A stretch of DNA of 57,314 nucleotides from Thermodesulfobacteriota bacterium (GTDB lineage Bacteria; Desulfobacterota; GWC2-55-46; DRQE01), in assembly GCA_035655515.1 (NCBI GenBank), contig DASRUI010000016.1:1-57314 (forward strand). The letters run 5' to 3'. Below, one piece after another: positions 42,685 through 50,753 of this stretch. The notes under the pieces were generated by a model that was given only the letters and a program-made list of their open reading frames with translations, was not told where the DNA came from and did not search any database. Made by a program: the position numbers and the translations under genes. How positions within the stretch are numbered: position 1 is the stretch's first letter; each line of letters starts with the position of its first letter.

Positions 42685-43152
42685 CTACTTAAGACCTCTC
42701 AGTATGCCCGTTACTTTTTCTTCGGTGAGGCCTTCGTAATAATCGTCGTTTATCTGCATAATCGGAGCCGTGCCGCAACTTCCGAGGCACTCGACGAGCG
42801 ATAACGTCACCTTGCCGTCCTTTGTGGTCTGCCCCGTCTTTATGCCGAGCGTCTTTTCCATGTGACGCACGAGATGCTCGGCGCCGAGAAGCGAGCACGA
42901 AAGATTTCTGCAGACCTGCACGTGGTTCCTGCCGACCGGCTTCTCGACGTTATACATCGTGTAAAAAGCCCCGACCTCCTCGACCTCCACCGGCTCCATC
43001 TCGAGGAGCTTTGCCACGTCCGCCATGTCGTCCTTCGACAGAAAACCCTTCTCCCGCTGGACGGACTGCATCGCGGCCATACAGGCGGACTTTTTCGAGT
43101 GGTATCTCGCCTGAATCTTTTTTATCTCTTCGATCATTTTTTCGCTCAGCAT
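42685..43152 (-). CDS. nuoE: NADH-quinone oxidoreductase subunit E
   Basis: VQVCRNLSCSLLGAE...VECLGSCGTAPIMQIN 2Fe-2S motif. Confidence 0.93.
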   Translation of the reverse strand: MLSEKMIEEIKKIQARYHSKKSACMAAMQSVQREKGFLSKDDMADVAKLLEMEPVEVEEVGAFYTMYNVEKPVGRNHVQVCRNLSCSLLGAEHLVRHMEKTLGIKTGQTTKDGKVTLSLVECLGSCGTAPIMQINDDYYEGLTEEKVTGILRGLK

Positions 43153-43218
43153 AATTGCCTTATTCCATTTGGATTACAGATAAAAATCAATAACCGTCAT
43201 TCGTCATTGTTTGTTTTC

Positions 43219-43272
43219 GTAGGGCAGACCTTTAGGTCTGCATCTTTACGCAAGGCTAAAGCCTTGCCCTAC
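43219..43272. repeat. GTAGGGCA...TGCCCTAC nested-hairpin element, copy 4
   Basis: gtagggcagacctttaggtctgcatctttacgcaaggctaaagccttgccctac, in the nuoD-nuoE gap. Confidence 0.7.
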
Positions 43273-43287
43273 GTAAAAATAACCGCC

Positions 43288-44472
43288 CTACTTGTCGCAC
43301 TCTCCGAACACGGGGTCGAGGCTCGATATGACGGCTATGACGTCCGCGAGATAATGCCCTCTCGTCATGAGGTCCATGGCCTGAAGGTTCGAAAAACTCG
43401 GAACCTTTATCTTTATCCTGAAAGGCTTTTCGCTTCCGTCGCTCACGATATAGAAACCGAGTTCCCCCTTGGGGGACTCGACCGCGGAATACGCCTCGCC
43501 CTTCGGCACCTTGAACCCGGAAGAGACGTACTTGAAGTGATGGATAAGGGCCTCCATGTTCTTGTAAACGTCCGCCTTCGGAGGCGGCACGACCTCCGGC
43601 ATGTCCACGTTAATCGCGCCGGAAGACATCTGCTTCAGGCACTGCTCTATTATCTTCACGGACTGCCTCATCTCCTCCACCCTTACCGTATAACGGTCGA
43701 AACAATCGCCATTTTCGCCGAGCGGCACATTGAAGTCCACCCTGTCGTAGAAAAGATAAGGCTCGTCCTTCCTCAAATCCCGATTAACGCCGCTTCCGCG
43801 GAGAACCGGGCCGCAAAGCCCGTAGTCAACGGCGTTCTCCGCCGATATCACCCCGACGTCCTTATTTCTCTGTATCCATATCCTGTTCCCGGTTAAAAGC
43901 CTCTCGTACTCGTCTATCTTTCCGGGGAAGAGTCTGCAGAACTCGGCGCACCGCTCCTCAAACTCCTTTGTCGCGTCGTAGCGAAGCCCGCCGACGCGGA
44001 GATAACTCACTGTAATCCTCGCGCCGCAGAGCATCTCGAAAAGGTCGAGTATCATCTCCCTCTCCCTGAACGTATAAAGAAGAACGGTCATGGCGCCCAA
44101 ATCAATGCCCCACGCGCCGACGCTCACGAGATGGCCTGATATCCTTGAAAGCTCGGCCGTTATCATGCGGAGATACTTGGCGCGGTCCGGCACGCCTATT
44201 CCCATGAGCTTCTCGACCGTCTGCACGTAAGCAAGGTTGTTGCTCATGGCGCACCAGTAATCGAGCCTGTCCGTGTAAGGGACGAACTGGTGATAAAGGA
44301 GGTTCTCGGCTATCTTCTCCGTGCCCCTGTGAAGGTAACCTATGTCCGGCTCTGCCCTCATTACGACCTCGCCCTGCATGTCGAGTATCAGATGCAGGAC
44401 TCCGTGCGCCGCCGGATGCTGGGGACCGAGACTTAACGTGAATTCTTTTGTGATTATCTCCGTATCGTTCAT
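43288..44472 (-). CDS. nuoD: NADH-quinone oxidoreductase subunit D
   Basis: LSLGPQHPAAHGVLHLILDMQGE...HRGTEK...C-terminal DPVFGECDK. Confidence 0.95.
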   Translation of the reverse strand: MNDTEIITKEFTLSLGPQHPAAHGVLHLILDMQGEVVMRAEPDIGYLHRGTEKIAENLLYHQFVPYTDRLDYWCAMSNNLAYVQTVEKLMGIGVPDRAKYLRMITAELSRISGHLVSVGAWGIDLGAMTVLLYTFREREMILDLFEMLCGARITVSYLRVGGLRYDATKEFEERCAEFCRLFPGKIDEYERLLTGNRIWIQRNKDVGVISAENAVDYGLCGPVLRGSGVNRDLRKDEPYLFYDRVDFNVPLGENGDCFDRYTVRVEEMRQSVKIIEQCLKQMSSGAINVDMPEVVPPPKADVYKNMEALIHHFKYVSSGFKVPKGEAYSAVESPKGELGFYIVSDGSEKPFRIKIKVPSFSNLQAMDLMTRGHYLADVIAVISSLDPVFGECDK

Positions 44473-44487
44473 TGGAATAAGCCGGCC

Positions 44488-44991
44488 TTACTTTTTCTTT
44501 TCTTCGCCAAAAGGGTTATATTGGTCTTTATAACCCTTAAGCGGGTAATCCTTTCTTAAAGGGAAACCTTCCCAATCCTTGGGCATGTATATGCGTTTTA
44601 GATTCGGATGATTGTCGAATACGATTCCATACATGTCGTAGGTTTCTCTCTCAGGCCAATCCGCGCCGCGCCACACCGCTGTTACGGAATCAATGGTCTC
44701 GCCGTCGGAAAGCCTTGTCTTAAGCCTGAGCCTTATCTTTCTCGTTACGCTCACGAGGTTATAGACCACCTCGAATCTCGGCGTTTCGGGATGATAGTCC
44801 ACCCCGCATATGTCGGAGACGTAGTTTATCTGCAAATCGGATTCGCTTTTGAGAAAACGGCAGACGTCAAGAAGCGAGCCCTTGTCTATGGAGAGGTTTA
44901 TCTCACCCTTGGACACAAAGGCATCCGACACCACGGTCCCGAACCGCGCTCTTACCGTATTTATTATCAATAGTTCTTTAGCGCTGTCCAT
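44488..44991 (-). CDS. nuoC: NADH-quinone oxidoreductase subunit C
   Basis: From ATG 44991 (MDSAKELL...). [28 protein letters not shown] motif. The upstream 8 codons of the track ORF lie in a repeat. Confidence 0.92.
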   Translation of the reverse strand: MDSAKELLIINTVRARFGTVVSDAFVSKGEINLSIDKGSLLDVCRFLKSESDLQINYVSDICGVDYHPETPRFEVVYNLVSVTRKIRLRLKTRLSDGETIDSVTAVWRGADWPERETYDMYGIVFDNHPNLKRIYMPKDWEGFPLRKDYPLKGYKDQYNPFGEEKKK

Positions 44992-45000
44992 GAATCCCCT

Positions 45001-45080
45001 CGCTTCCCGTTGCAATGGCTTCGTCCGTCCGCCAATCAGTAAGGCGGAGCGGAAGAGCCCTGCCCCTTTAAAAAAGGGGA
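45001..45080. repeat. Mosaic hairpin-module repeat in the nuoB-nuoC gap
   Basis: The 17-mer cgcttcccgttgcaatg is identical to 36524-36540. The 19-mer ccgccaatcagtaaggcgg (45029-45047) is identical to 48945-48963. The element ends with cccctttaaaaaagggg. Confidence 0.8.
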
Positions 45081-45089
45081 GAACCCTGA

Positions 45090-45614
45090 TTACCGTTTCA
45101 CCACGAGACGCGACTTGTCGCTTTTTATTTTTGCCTGAAGCTGTAAAAACCCGTATATGAGAGCCTCGGGCCTCGGAGGACAGCCCGGAACGAAGATATC
45201 GACCGGAATGACGAGGTCCGTTCCCTGCACCACGGAATAGGTGTTATAAGGCCCTCCGGCCGAGGCGCACCCGCCCATGGCTATGACCCACCTCGGCTCC
45301 GCCATCTGGTCGTAGAGCGTTTTTATGGCCGGGGCTATCTTCTTCGTCATTGTGCCGGCTATTATTATCACGTCGGATTGTCTCGGAGAGGGGCGGAATA
45401 TGACTCCCATGCGGTCGAGGTCGTAGCGGCTGCACCCGGCCGCAATCATCTCCACGGCGCAACAGGCGAGGCCGAAGGTCATGACGAACATGGAGGAGGC
45501 CTGTCCCCACTTGAAGACCGCGTCGGATACCGGGTTCGTCTTCAAGAACTCCTCTATGCCCGCGACGGTCGTGAACTGCGCCACGCCCTCGCAAGAGTTT
45601 TCCTTTATGGTCAT
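45090..45614 (-). CDS. nuoB: NADH-quinone oxidoreductase subunit B
   Basis: [10 protein letters not shown]...[10 protein letters not shown]...[10 protein letters not shown] (N2 cluster ligands). Confidence 0.95.
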   Translation of the reverse strand: MTIKENSCEGVAQFTTVAGIEEFLKTNPVSDAVFKWGQASSMFVMTFGLACCAVEMIAAGCSRYDLDRMGVIFRPSPRQSDVIIIAGTMTKKIAPAIKTLYDQMAEPRWVIAMGGCASAGGPYNTYSVVQGTDLVIPVDIFVPGCPPRPEALIYGFLQLQAKIKSDKSRLVVKR

Positions 45615-45630
45615 GCGCGATTCCTCTTCG

Positions 45631-45999
45631 TCATTTTATCCAATCCAGCGCGCCCTTGCCCCACGCGTAAACAAGCCCCGCGGCGAGGATGCCTATAAAA
45701 ACGAACATCTCCGCGAATACGAGAACCGATATGGCTTTATCGGTGATTATGACTGCCCATGGGAAAAGAAAGAGGGTTTCGACGTCGAATACTATGAAGA
45801 GGATGGCTATGACGAAGAAGTGAATCCTGAAGTGCCCGGTGGAGGCGTCTCTGATCGGCTCCATGCCGCACTCCCATGGGGAGAGCTTGTTGGCGTAGGG
45901 ATTCCTCGGGCTCAGCACGCGGTTAACGAATAAAACCGCGTACACGACAAAGATAATGTAGCCAGCCATTATAAGGACCGGTAGATAAGTCGAAAGCAC
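45631..45999 (-). CDS. nuoA: NADH-quinone oxidoreductase subunit A
   Basis: SPWECGMEP...[13 protein letters not shown] motif. GTG 45999 is preferred because AGGAG lies 6 nt upstream and the predicted -10 box sits at 46044-46049, which excludes ATG 46041. Confidence 0.88.
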   Translation of the reverse strand: MLSTYLPVLIMAGYIIFVVYAVLFVNRVLSPRNPYANKLSPWECGMEPIRDASTGHFRIHFFVIAILFIVFDVETLFLFPWAVIITDKAISVLVFAEMFVFIGILAAGLVYAWGKGALDWIK

Positions 46000-46043
46000 G
46001 AGACGCTCCTGCGGTTTATTCTGTCCGGCTACATATAGCAAGG

Positions 46044-46072
46044 AAAATAAAACAACTCAGGCCGTTTGTCAA
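46044..46072 (-). promoter_or_regulatory. Sigma-70-type promoter candidate for the nuo operon
   Basis: Minus strand: TTGACA (46072-46067), 17 nt, TATTTT (46049-46044). Confidence 0.45.
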
Positions 46073-46157
46073 GGATAAAGTATACTGTATACAATGCGGA
46101 TAACGCGAAAATCGCATTGCCGGACGAAATAAATTCAATTCGAGAGACAGTCCCCTG

Positions 46158-46182
46158 CCCATCCTCCCGATGGGTACCCCGC
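46158..46182. repeat. Hairpin module cccatcctcccgatgggtaccccgc
   Basis: Near-identical to 25380-25404 (cccatccttcggatgggtaccccgc). Confidence 0.65.
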
Positions 46183-46207
46183 ATAAATCCGGGACAGTCC
46201 CATCTCC

Positions 46208-47002
46208 CTAATACAACTCAACTCTTCTGTCTTTGAAAATATCGTTTAAGGGCGTAATTTTTTTATCCCTCGCCTCTTCGGGATTTATCTCGACGATTTT
46301 GAACTCGGGTTTAGTCTTTCCGGCTTTGCAAAGAACCTCACCCTTTGGCGAAACCACCTGGCTCTGGCCTATGAAGGCAAGCCGCTCTCCCTTTATCCTC
46401 GCCTCTACGCCCACCCTGTTCGCGGTTATTGCGAATACCCTGTTCTCGAGGCATCTCGTTATCATGGCCTTCGGACAATAAGGCAAAACAAGATTCGAAG
46501 GGTGCGCTACGACGTCGGCTCCGAGGAAAGCGAGACGCCTCGCGGCCTCCGGAAAAAACCAGTCAAAGCATATCATCATGCCGACCTTTGCTTTGCCTAT
46601 ATCGTAAACCTTAAAGGCCGTGTTGCCGGGGGTGAAAATCTTTTTCTCGCTCCGAAAAAGGTGCGCCTTCCTGTATAGGCCGATAAAACCCTTGGGTCCG
46701 ACGAGCACAGCCGAGTTGTAAATGTCTTTCCCGTGCTTCTCGGCCATGCCGAAAACAACGTGGCAACCGGTTTTCTTCGCAACCTCGATGAGCCTTCTCG
46801 TCGTCGGCCCCGAAGGCGCGTCTTCCGAGAGTTTCCTCGCCTCGGCCTTTGTCTTGAATTGATAACCCGTGGAGAAAAGTTCGGGCAAGACAATGAGGTC
46901 CGCTCCTCCGAAACTTTTCAAAGTAATTTTTCTAACGGCACGTTCGACGTTTTTTTCGACCTCCCCGAATACCGGAGAGGTCTGCATAAAGGCGGCCTTC
47001 AC
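46208..47002 (-). CDS. Carbon-nitrogen hydrolase (nitrilase superfamily) protein
   Basis: Glu-Lys-Cys triad context: LIVLPELFSTGY, YRKAHLF, GMMICFDWFFPE. Confidence 0.88.
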   Translation of the reverse strand: MKAAFMQTSPVFGEVEKNVERAVRKITLKSFGGADLIVLPELFSTGYQFKTKAEARKLSEDAPSGPTTRRLIEVAKKTGCHVVFGMAEKHGKDIYNSAVLVGPKGFIGLYRKAHLFRSEKKIFTPGNTAFKVYDIGKAKVGMMICFDWFFPEAARRLAFLGADVVAHPSNLVLPYCPKAMITRCLENRVFAITANRVGVEARIKGERLAFIGQSQVVSPKGEVLCKAGKTKPEFKIVEINPEEARDKKITPLNDIFKDRRVELY

Positions 47003-47030
47003 TTAACGCTCCTTTTTTTTCGTCTTCAAT

Positions 47031-47182
47031 GTAGGGCAGGGCTTATGATGAATTTTCTCACCTTATTCCCTCCCCACTTGTTGGGGAGGGCAGGGTGGGG
47101 CAGCCCTGCTATTTCAGTTTTGCTTAAAGACGCAGACCCCCGCTTAAGATTGCGGGGGCAGGCTCTAAAGGTCTGCCCTACG
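47031..47182. repeat. Expanded GTAGGGCAG...CTGCCCTAC element (copy 5) containing extra inserted hairpins
   Basis: The outer arms lie at 47031-47039 and 47174-47182. Inner hairpins are ccctccccacttgttggggaggg and cccccgcttaagattgcggggg. Confidence 0.65.
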
Positions 47183-47247
47183 AAAATAAGACGGGACATT
47201 CCCTTTTTTATTATTCCCGCAGTATTTGACGAGATTTATACGTTTAC

Positions 47248-47280
47248 CAAAAAGAAAGGGGGACAATTGCTTGCCCCCCT
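47248..47280 (-). terminator. Rho-independent terminator after the 28-aa micro-ORF
   Basis: The minus strand reads GGGGGGCAAGCAATTGTCCCCC followed by TTTCTTTTT. Confidence 0.6.
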
Positions 47281-47307
47281 TTTTTTAAACTCGTTTGATG
47301 CTCGCAA

Positions 47308-47394
47308 TTACTTGCAACAGCGCGACATCTTTTTCTTGGCCGGTTTCTTTGCGGCTGCCTTCTTCTTCGCCGGAGCCTTTTTCTTCGTCGCCAT
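47308..47394 (-). CDS. 28-aa Lys/Ala-rich basic peptide ending in CCK (unannotated micro-ORF)
   Basis: MATKKKAPAKKKAAAKKPAKKKMSRCCK. A perfect AAGGAGGT SD lies 7 nt upstream. It has its own promoter-like boxes and a terminator. Confidence 0.55.
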   Translation of the reverse strand: MATKKKAPAKKKAAAKKPAKKKMSRCCK

Positions 47395-47445
47395 CTGAAT
47401 TACCTCCTTGGATTTTCGTTATGAACGAGAAACATCTTATGAATA

Positions 47446-47474
47446 AATTTACCAGTAAAATTTATTTCTGTCAA
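47446..47474 (-). promoter_or_regulatory. Sigma-70-type promoter candidate for the micro-ORF
   Basis: Minus strand: TTGACA (47474-47469), 17 nt, TAAATT (47451-47446). Confidence 0.45.
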
Positions 47475-47700
47475 CCTTTATCGTGCAGTCACCGGAATAA
47501 TGACTTCTTCGTTTTTACACAGAAAAATTGACATTATCGACAAGAAAAAAGTTGCGCTACTCTGATTTTTAATGACATAATAGATGCATTGGGACTTAGG
47601 CCATATCAAGAGTAATATCCCTTAAGAAAGCATCTACGGGACTCCCGTGTATTTCAAAAGATTCTTTGTCTATCGTTTCTGTTCCTTTAACTACTCGCGC

Positions 47701-48768
47701 ATGGCAGAAGAAAAAAGAGAGGCAACTAACTTGGAAAAAAGGGAATGCGCCTTCGATTCATTTTCGTTAGCCATGGCCTTTGTTTTTTTGCTGCTTTTTA
47801 TCATTCCTTCAGGGGTTGCAACGTATAATAGGAATTACCAATGGAAAGACGAATTATCATTTTGGGAGAATACAATTAAAAAAAGTCCTTATAAAGAAAG
47901 AGGTTATCGCGCCCTTGGCCTTGAATATTATAATCGAGATCAAACAATAGCGGCTATCTTAATGTATAAAAAAGCCATAATACTATTTCCTGAGTATTTT
48001 CGCAGCCATAATAATCTCGGAAACGCATACTTAAAACAAGGTTTAACAAATGAGGCTATTGAGGAATATAAAAAAGCAATAGAAATCGCATCCGATGAAT
48101 CACTGCCTCACTATAATATCGGAAACGCCTATTATATGCTGGAACAATTTAATGATTCATTATTGGAATACATGACGGCCACCGAACTGGAGCCGGAGAA
48201 TGCATCGTATCATTATGGGCTCGGATTGGTTTATTACAATTTGGGCAACATGAATGACGCCGTCAAAGAATATCAAACCGCCATAGAACTGCAACCGGAT
48301 TTTCCGGATGCTCATAATAGTCTTGGAGCTCTTTATGCCACGTCGGGATTGACCGATAAGGCGCTTGAAGAATTTAAGACGGCAATAATTCAAAAATTCG
48401 ACCATCCTCAAGCCCATTACAATATCGGACAAGTTTACGAAACCCTCGGCCGTTACGAAGATGCCATCCGGGAATACTCCGTAGCCATAGGGTTAAAGGC
48501 CGATTACGCGCAGGCATATAATAATCTCGCCAATATCCACGCCATGTTCGGCGATTATACCGGCTCCATTCAGGAATACGAGAAGGCTATAAAACTAAAT
48601 CCTCAATATCCCGCCCCATACTTCGGCATCGCTTCTTCGTATGAAAAAATCGGAAACTATCAAAAGGCCGGAGAGAATTACAAGAAATTCGTCGAGAAAT
48701 CTTCTAAGGAAATTTATTACGCTTCTTATATAGAAACGGCGAAAAAGAAACTAAAACACTTACGGTAA
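47701..48768 (+). CDS. Tetratricopeptide-repeat protein with an N-terminal membrane anchor
   Basis: From ATG 47701. TM segment FSLAMAFVFLLLFIIPSGV, then at least 8 tandem 34-aa TPR units (AhxNLGxxYxxxGxxxEAIxxYxxAIxLxP). The DNA is AT-rich. Confidence 0.85.
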   Translation: MAEEKREATNLEKRECAFDSFSLAMAFVFLLLFIIPSGVATYNRNYQWKDELSFWENTIKKSPYKERGYRALGLEYYNRDQTIAAILMYKKAIILFPEYFRSHNNLGNAYLKQGLTNEAIEEYKKAIEIASDESLPHYNIGNAYYMLEQFNDSLLEYMTATELEPENASYHYGLGLVYYNLGNMNDAVKEYQTAIELQPDFPDAHNSLGALYATSGLTDKALEEFKTAIIQKFDHPQAHYNIGQVYETLGRYEDAIREYSVAIGLKADYAQAYNNLANIHAMFGDYTGSIQEYEKAIKLNPQYPAPYFGIASSYEKIGNYQKAGENYKKFVEKSSKEIYYASYIETAKKKLKHLR

Positions 48769-48951
48769 ATTATCCCTGCATCCCCCGGGTCCGCCTGCGT
48801 ATTTGACGGTGTATAAATCATAGTTAGCGCCGTTGTAAGATTTCCCGGTTACAATAACATTGCAGAAAGGATCAACTGCGATCCCACTCGGCACATCATG
48901 CGCATTTGCAATTCCCTTAAAATCCTTTTCCCAAAAAAGTCTACCCGCCAA
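48760..48951 (-). pseudogene. Remnant of an SBBP/beta-propeller-repeat protein gene (single repeat)
   Basis: GIAVDPFCNVIVTGKSYNGANYDLYTVKY matches the SBBP repeat pattern (GIAVD..GN.YVTG....... DY.T.KY). It has no upstream coding continuation and overlaps the TPR gene's 3' end. Confidence 0.35.
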
Positions 48952-49094
48952 TCAGTAAGGCGGCACGATGAATTAATAAATCCTTGCGGCGCGCATACCC
49001 CTGCGCAAATTAAGACACTATGAGTGCGGAGCCCGACCCGCCCTATGGGGCGGGTACCCCGCGCAATCGGGGTACCCATGCGAAGCATGGGTCG
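48945..49094. repeat. Mosaic hairpin-module repeat
   Basis: It carries the 19-mer ccgccaatcagtaaggcgg (identical to 45029-45047), the hairpins cccgccctatggggcggg and taccccgcgcaatcggggta, and the 26-mer ggggtacccatgcgaagcatgggtcg (identical to 36548-36573). Confidence 0.8.
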
Positions 49095-49102
49095 CGGGGA
49101 GG

Positions 49103-49207
49103 TCACCCCTGCTTCTTCGGGCCTAATATATGATAGAAACTGAAACAGACAAGCCCCGCGACAAAACTCCACGAGAGAATGAGAAATATCCACGCCTTGA
49201 AACTCAC
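49103..49207 (-). CDS. 34-aa hydrophobic peptide, candidate MetS-like small subunit of the NSS transporter
   Basis: GTG 49207 overlaps the transporter stop (GTGA). Translation: (M)SFKAWIFLILSWSFVAGLVCFSFYHILGPKKQG, one TM plus a basic tail, like the small subunits found after some NSS genes. Confidence 0.5.
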   Translation of the reverse strand: MSFKAWIFLILSWSFVAGLVCFSFYHILGPKKQG

Positions 49208-50751
49208 GACTTTTTATTCCTCCTTCTCTTCCAGGCGACCTCGACGAGAACGACGTGCAACGCGAGAAGCGCGATCAGATAAACCCTCGCGGCCCACACG
49301 CCCGCATCCTTGCTCGCGAATTTGCCGGGCAATTCCTGCCATCCCCAGCCGATTAGAATCATGAGTATGAAGAGCGGGGTTATGTATTTGGTGACGTAGT
49401 AGAAAATCCCCGGTATTCTTACTTTCGCGCCCCTATTGACCTCTTCCCACGCGTTCTCTCCGCCGAATACCCAGAAAAAGAGCACGACCTCGAAGAGCGC
49501 GAGGAACACCAATCCGAACGTCCCGGCCCAGAAGTCGAGTTCGTCGAGGCTTCCTTTTACGAAGGCAGGAAGCAAAACCGAGACGGCAAAAAATATTCCG
49601 AGCGTGATGACGGAGCGGTGGCGCGAAAATCCCAATTCGTCTTCAAGGAACGCCACGGCCGGCTGGGCAAGCGCGACCACGGAGGTAAGCCCCGCCAAAA
49701 ACAAAAGAAAGAACCAGAGGCACCCGAAGTAGGTTCCCGCCGGCATGTGCGTGAATATGGCCGGCATGCTGATAAAGCCGAGTTTGAACGCCCCTCCCGC
49801 CGCGACCTTAGCCCCGGCGAAACCGAAGAATATGACGGCCGCGCCGATCGCGATTGTAGAGCCGTAGATGACCTCGGCGAATTCGTTAAGCCCGGCGGTG
49901 GCGATTCCGTCCATCACGATGTCTTCGTCTTTTTTTACGTAACTCGCGTAGGTGATTATCGCGCCCATGCCCAGAGACAATGTGAAGAAAATCTGCCCCG
50001 CGGCCGCGAGCCACACCTTCGGGTTTAAGATGCCGCTAAAGTCCGGCTCCCACAAAAACGAAAACGCCTTGCTTGCCGTCATCGATGGATCGGTCGGGGA
50101 ATCGAGCGTCACAACCCTTACGAAAAGCACGGCGCCGATTACGAATATCGCCGGAAGCGCGATATTGCAGAATTTTTCTATTCCGCCCGATATGCCCTTC
50201 CATAATATGTACATGCTCAAGATAAGCGTTATCGCGAAGAATACGTATGCTGCTTTAGGCGGATTCAGATAAAGCGCGTCGCCGGTGTCTCCGATATACG
50301 CGCCGAGATAATTAGCGTACGGCGTAAGATACTCCTGCGGCGAAACAGCGGCGCTTAAAGTATCTATTGTCGGAAATTTATGAAGTAAAGACGACACGCT
50401 GTAAGCGAGCGTCCATGAGCATATATACGTATAATAAACGAGCACCACGAGCGGCAGGAATATGCCGAGTATGCCCATGTATTTGGCTATGGGGTGTTTC
50501 CATATCGCGTCGAATACGCCGGGGGCCGTGCCGTGCCCACGCGCTCCGCCGTAGCGTCCGAGCCCCCACTCTACCCACATGAGGGGGATGCCGAGGAGTA
50601 TCAAGGATATGAAATAAGGTATCATGAAGGCGCCGCCGCCGTTATCCGCGGCCTGCACCGGGAACCTCAGAAAATTACCGAGCCCTATGGCGTTCCCAGC
50701 CATGGCGAGTATGAGCCCGATCCTGCTTCCCCACTGCTCGCGTTCCGCCAT
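49204..50751 (-). CDS. Sodium-dependent transporter, neurotransmitter:sodium symporter (SNF/NSS) family
   Basis: WGSRIGLILAMAGNAIGLGNFLRFPVQAADNGGGAFMIPY is the NSS TM1 signature. 515 aa, polytopic. Confidence 0.92.
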   Translation of the reverse strand: MAEREQWGSRIGLILAMAGNAIGLGNFLRFPVQAADNGGGAFMIPYFISLILLGIPLMWVEWGLGRYGGARGHGTAPGVFDAIWKHPIAKYMGILGIFLPLVVLVYYTYICSWTLAYSVSSLLHKFPTIDTLSAAVSPQEYLTPYANYLGAYIGDTGDALYLNPPKAAYVFFAITLILSMYILWKGISGGIEKFCNIALPAIFVIGAVLFVRVVTLDSPTDPSMTASKAFSFLWEPDFSGILNPKVWLAAAGQIFFTLSLGMGAIITYASYVKKDEDIVMDGIATAGLNEFAEVIYGSTIAIGAAVIFFGFAGAKVAAGGAFKLGFISMPAIFTHMPAGTYFGCLWFFLLFLAGLTSVVALAQPAVAFLEDELGFSRHRSVITLGIFFAVSVLLPAFVKGSLDELDFWAGTFGLVFLALFEVVLFFWVFGGENAWEEVNRGAKVRIPGIFYYVTKYITPLFILMILIGWGWQELPGKFASKDAGVWAARVYLIALLALHVVLVEVAWKRRRNKKS

Positions 50752-50753
50752 TA

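Noticed and set aside
12423-47182. Possibility that the recurring GTAGGGCA...TGCCCTAC elements form a CRISPR array.
   Set aside because: The copies are kilobases apart, each is a self-complementary composite rather than a direct repeat separated by spacers, and no cas genes are present.
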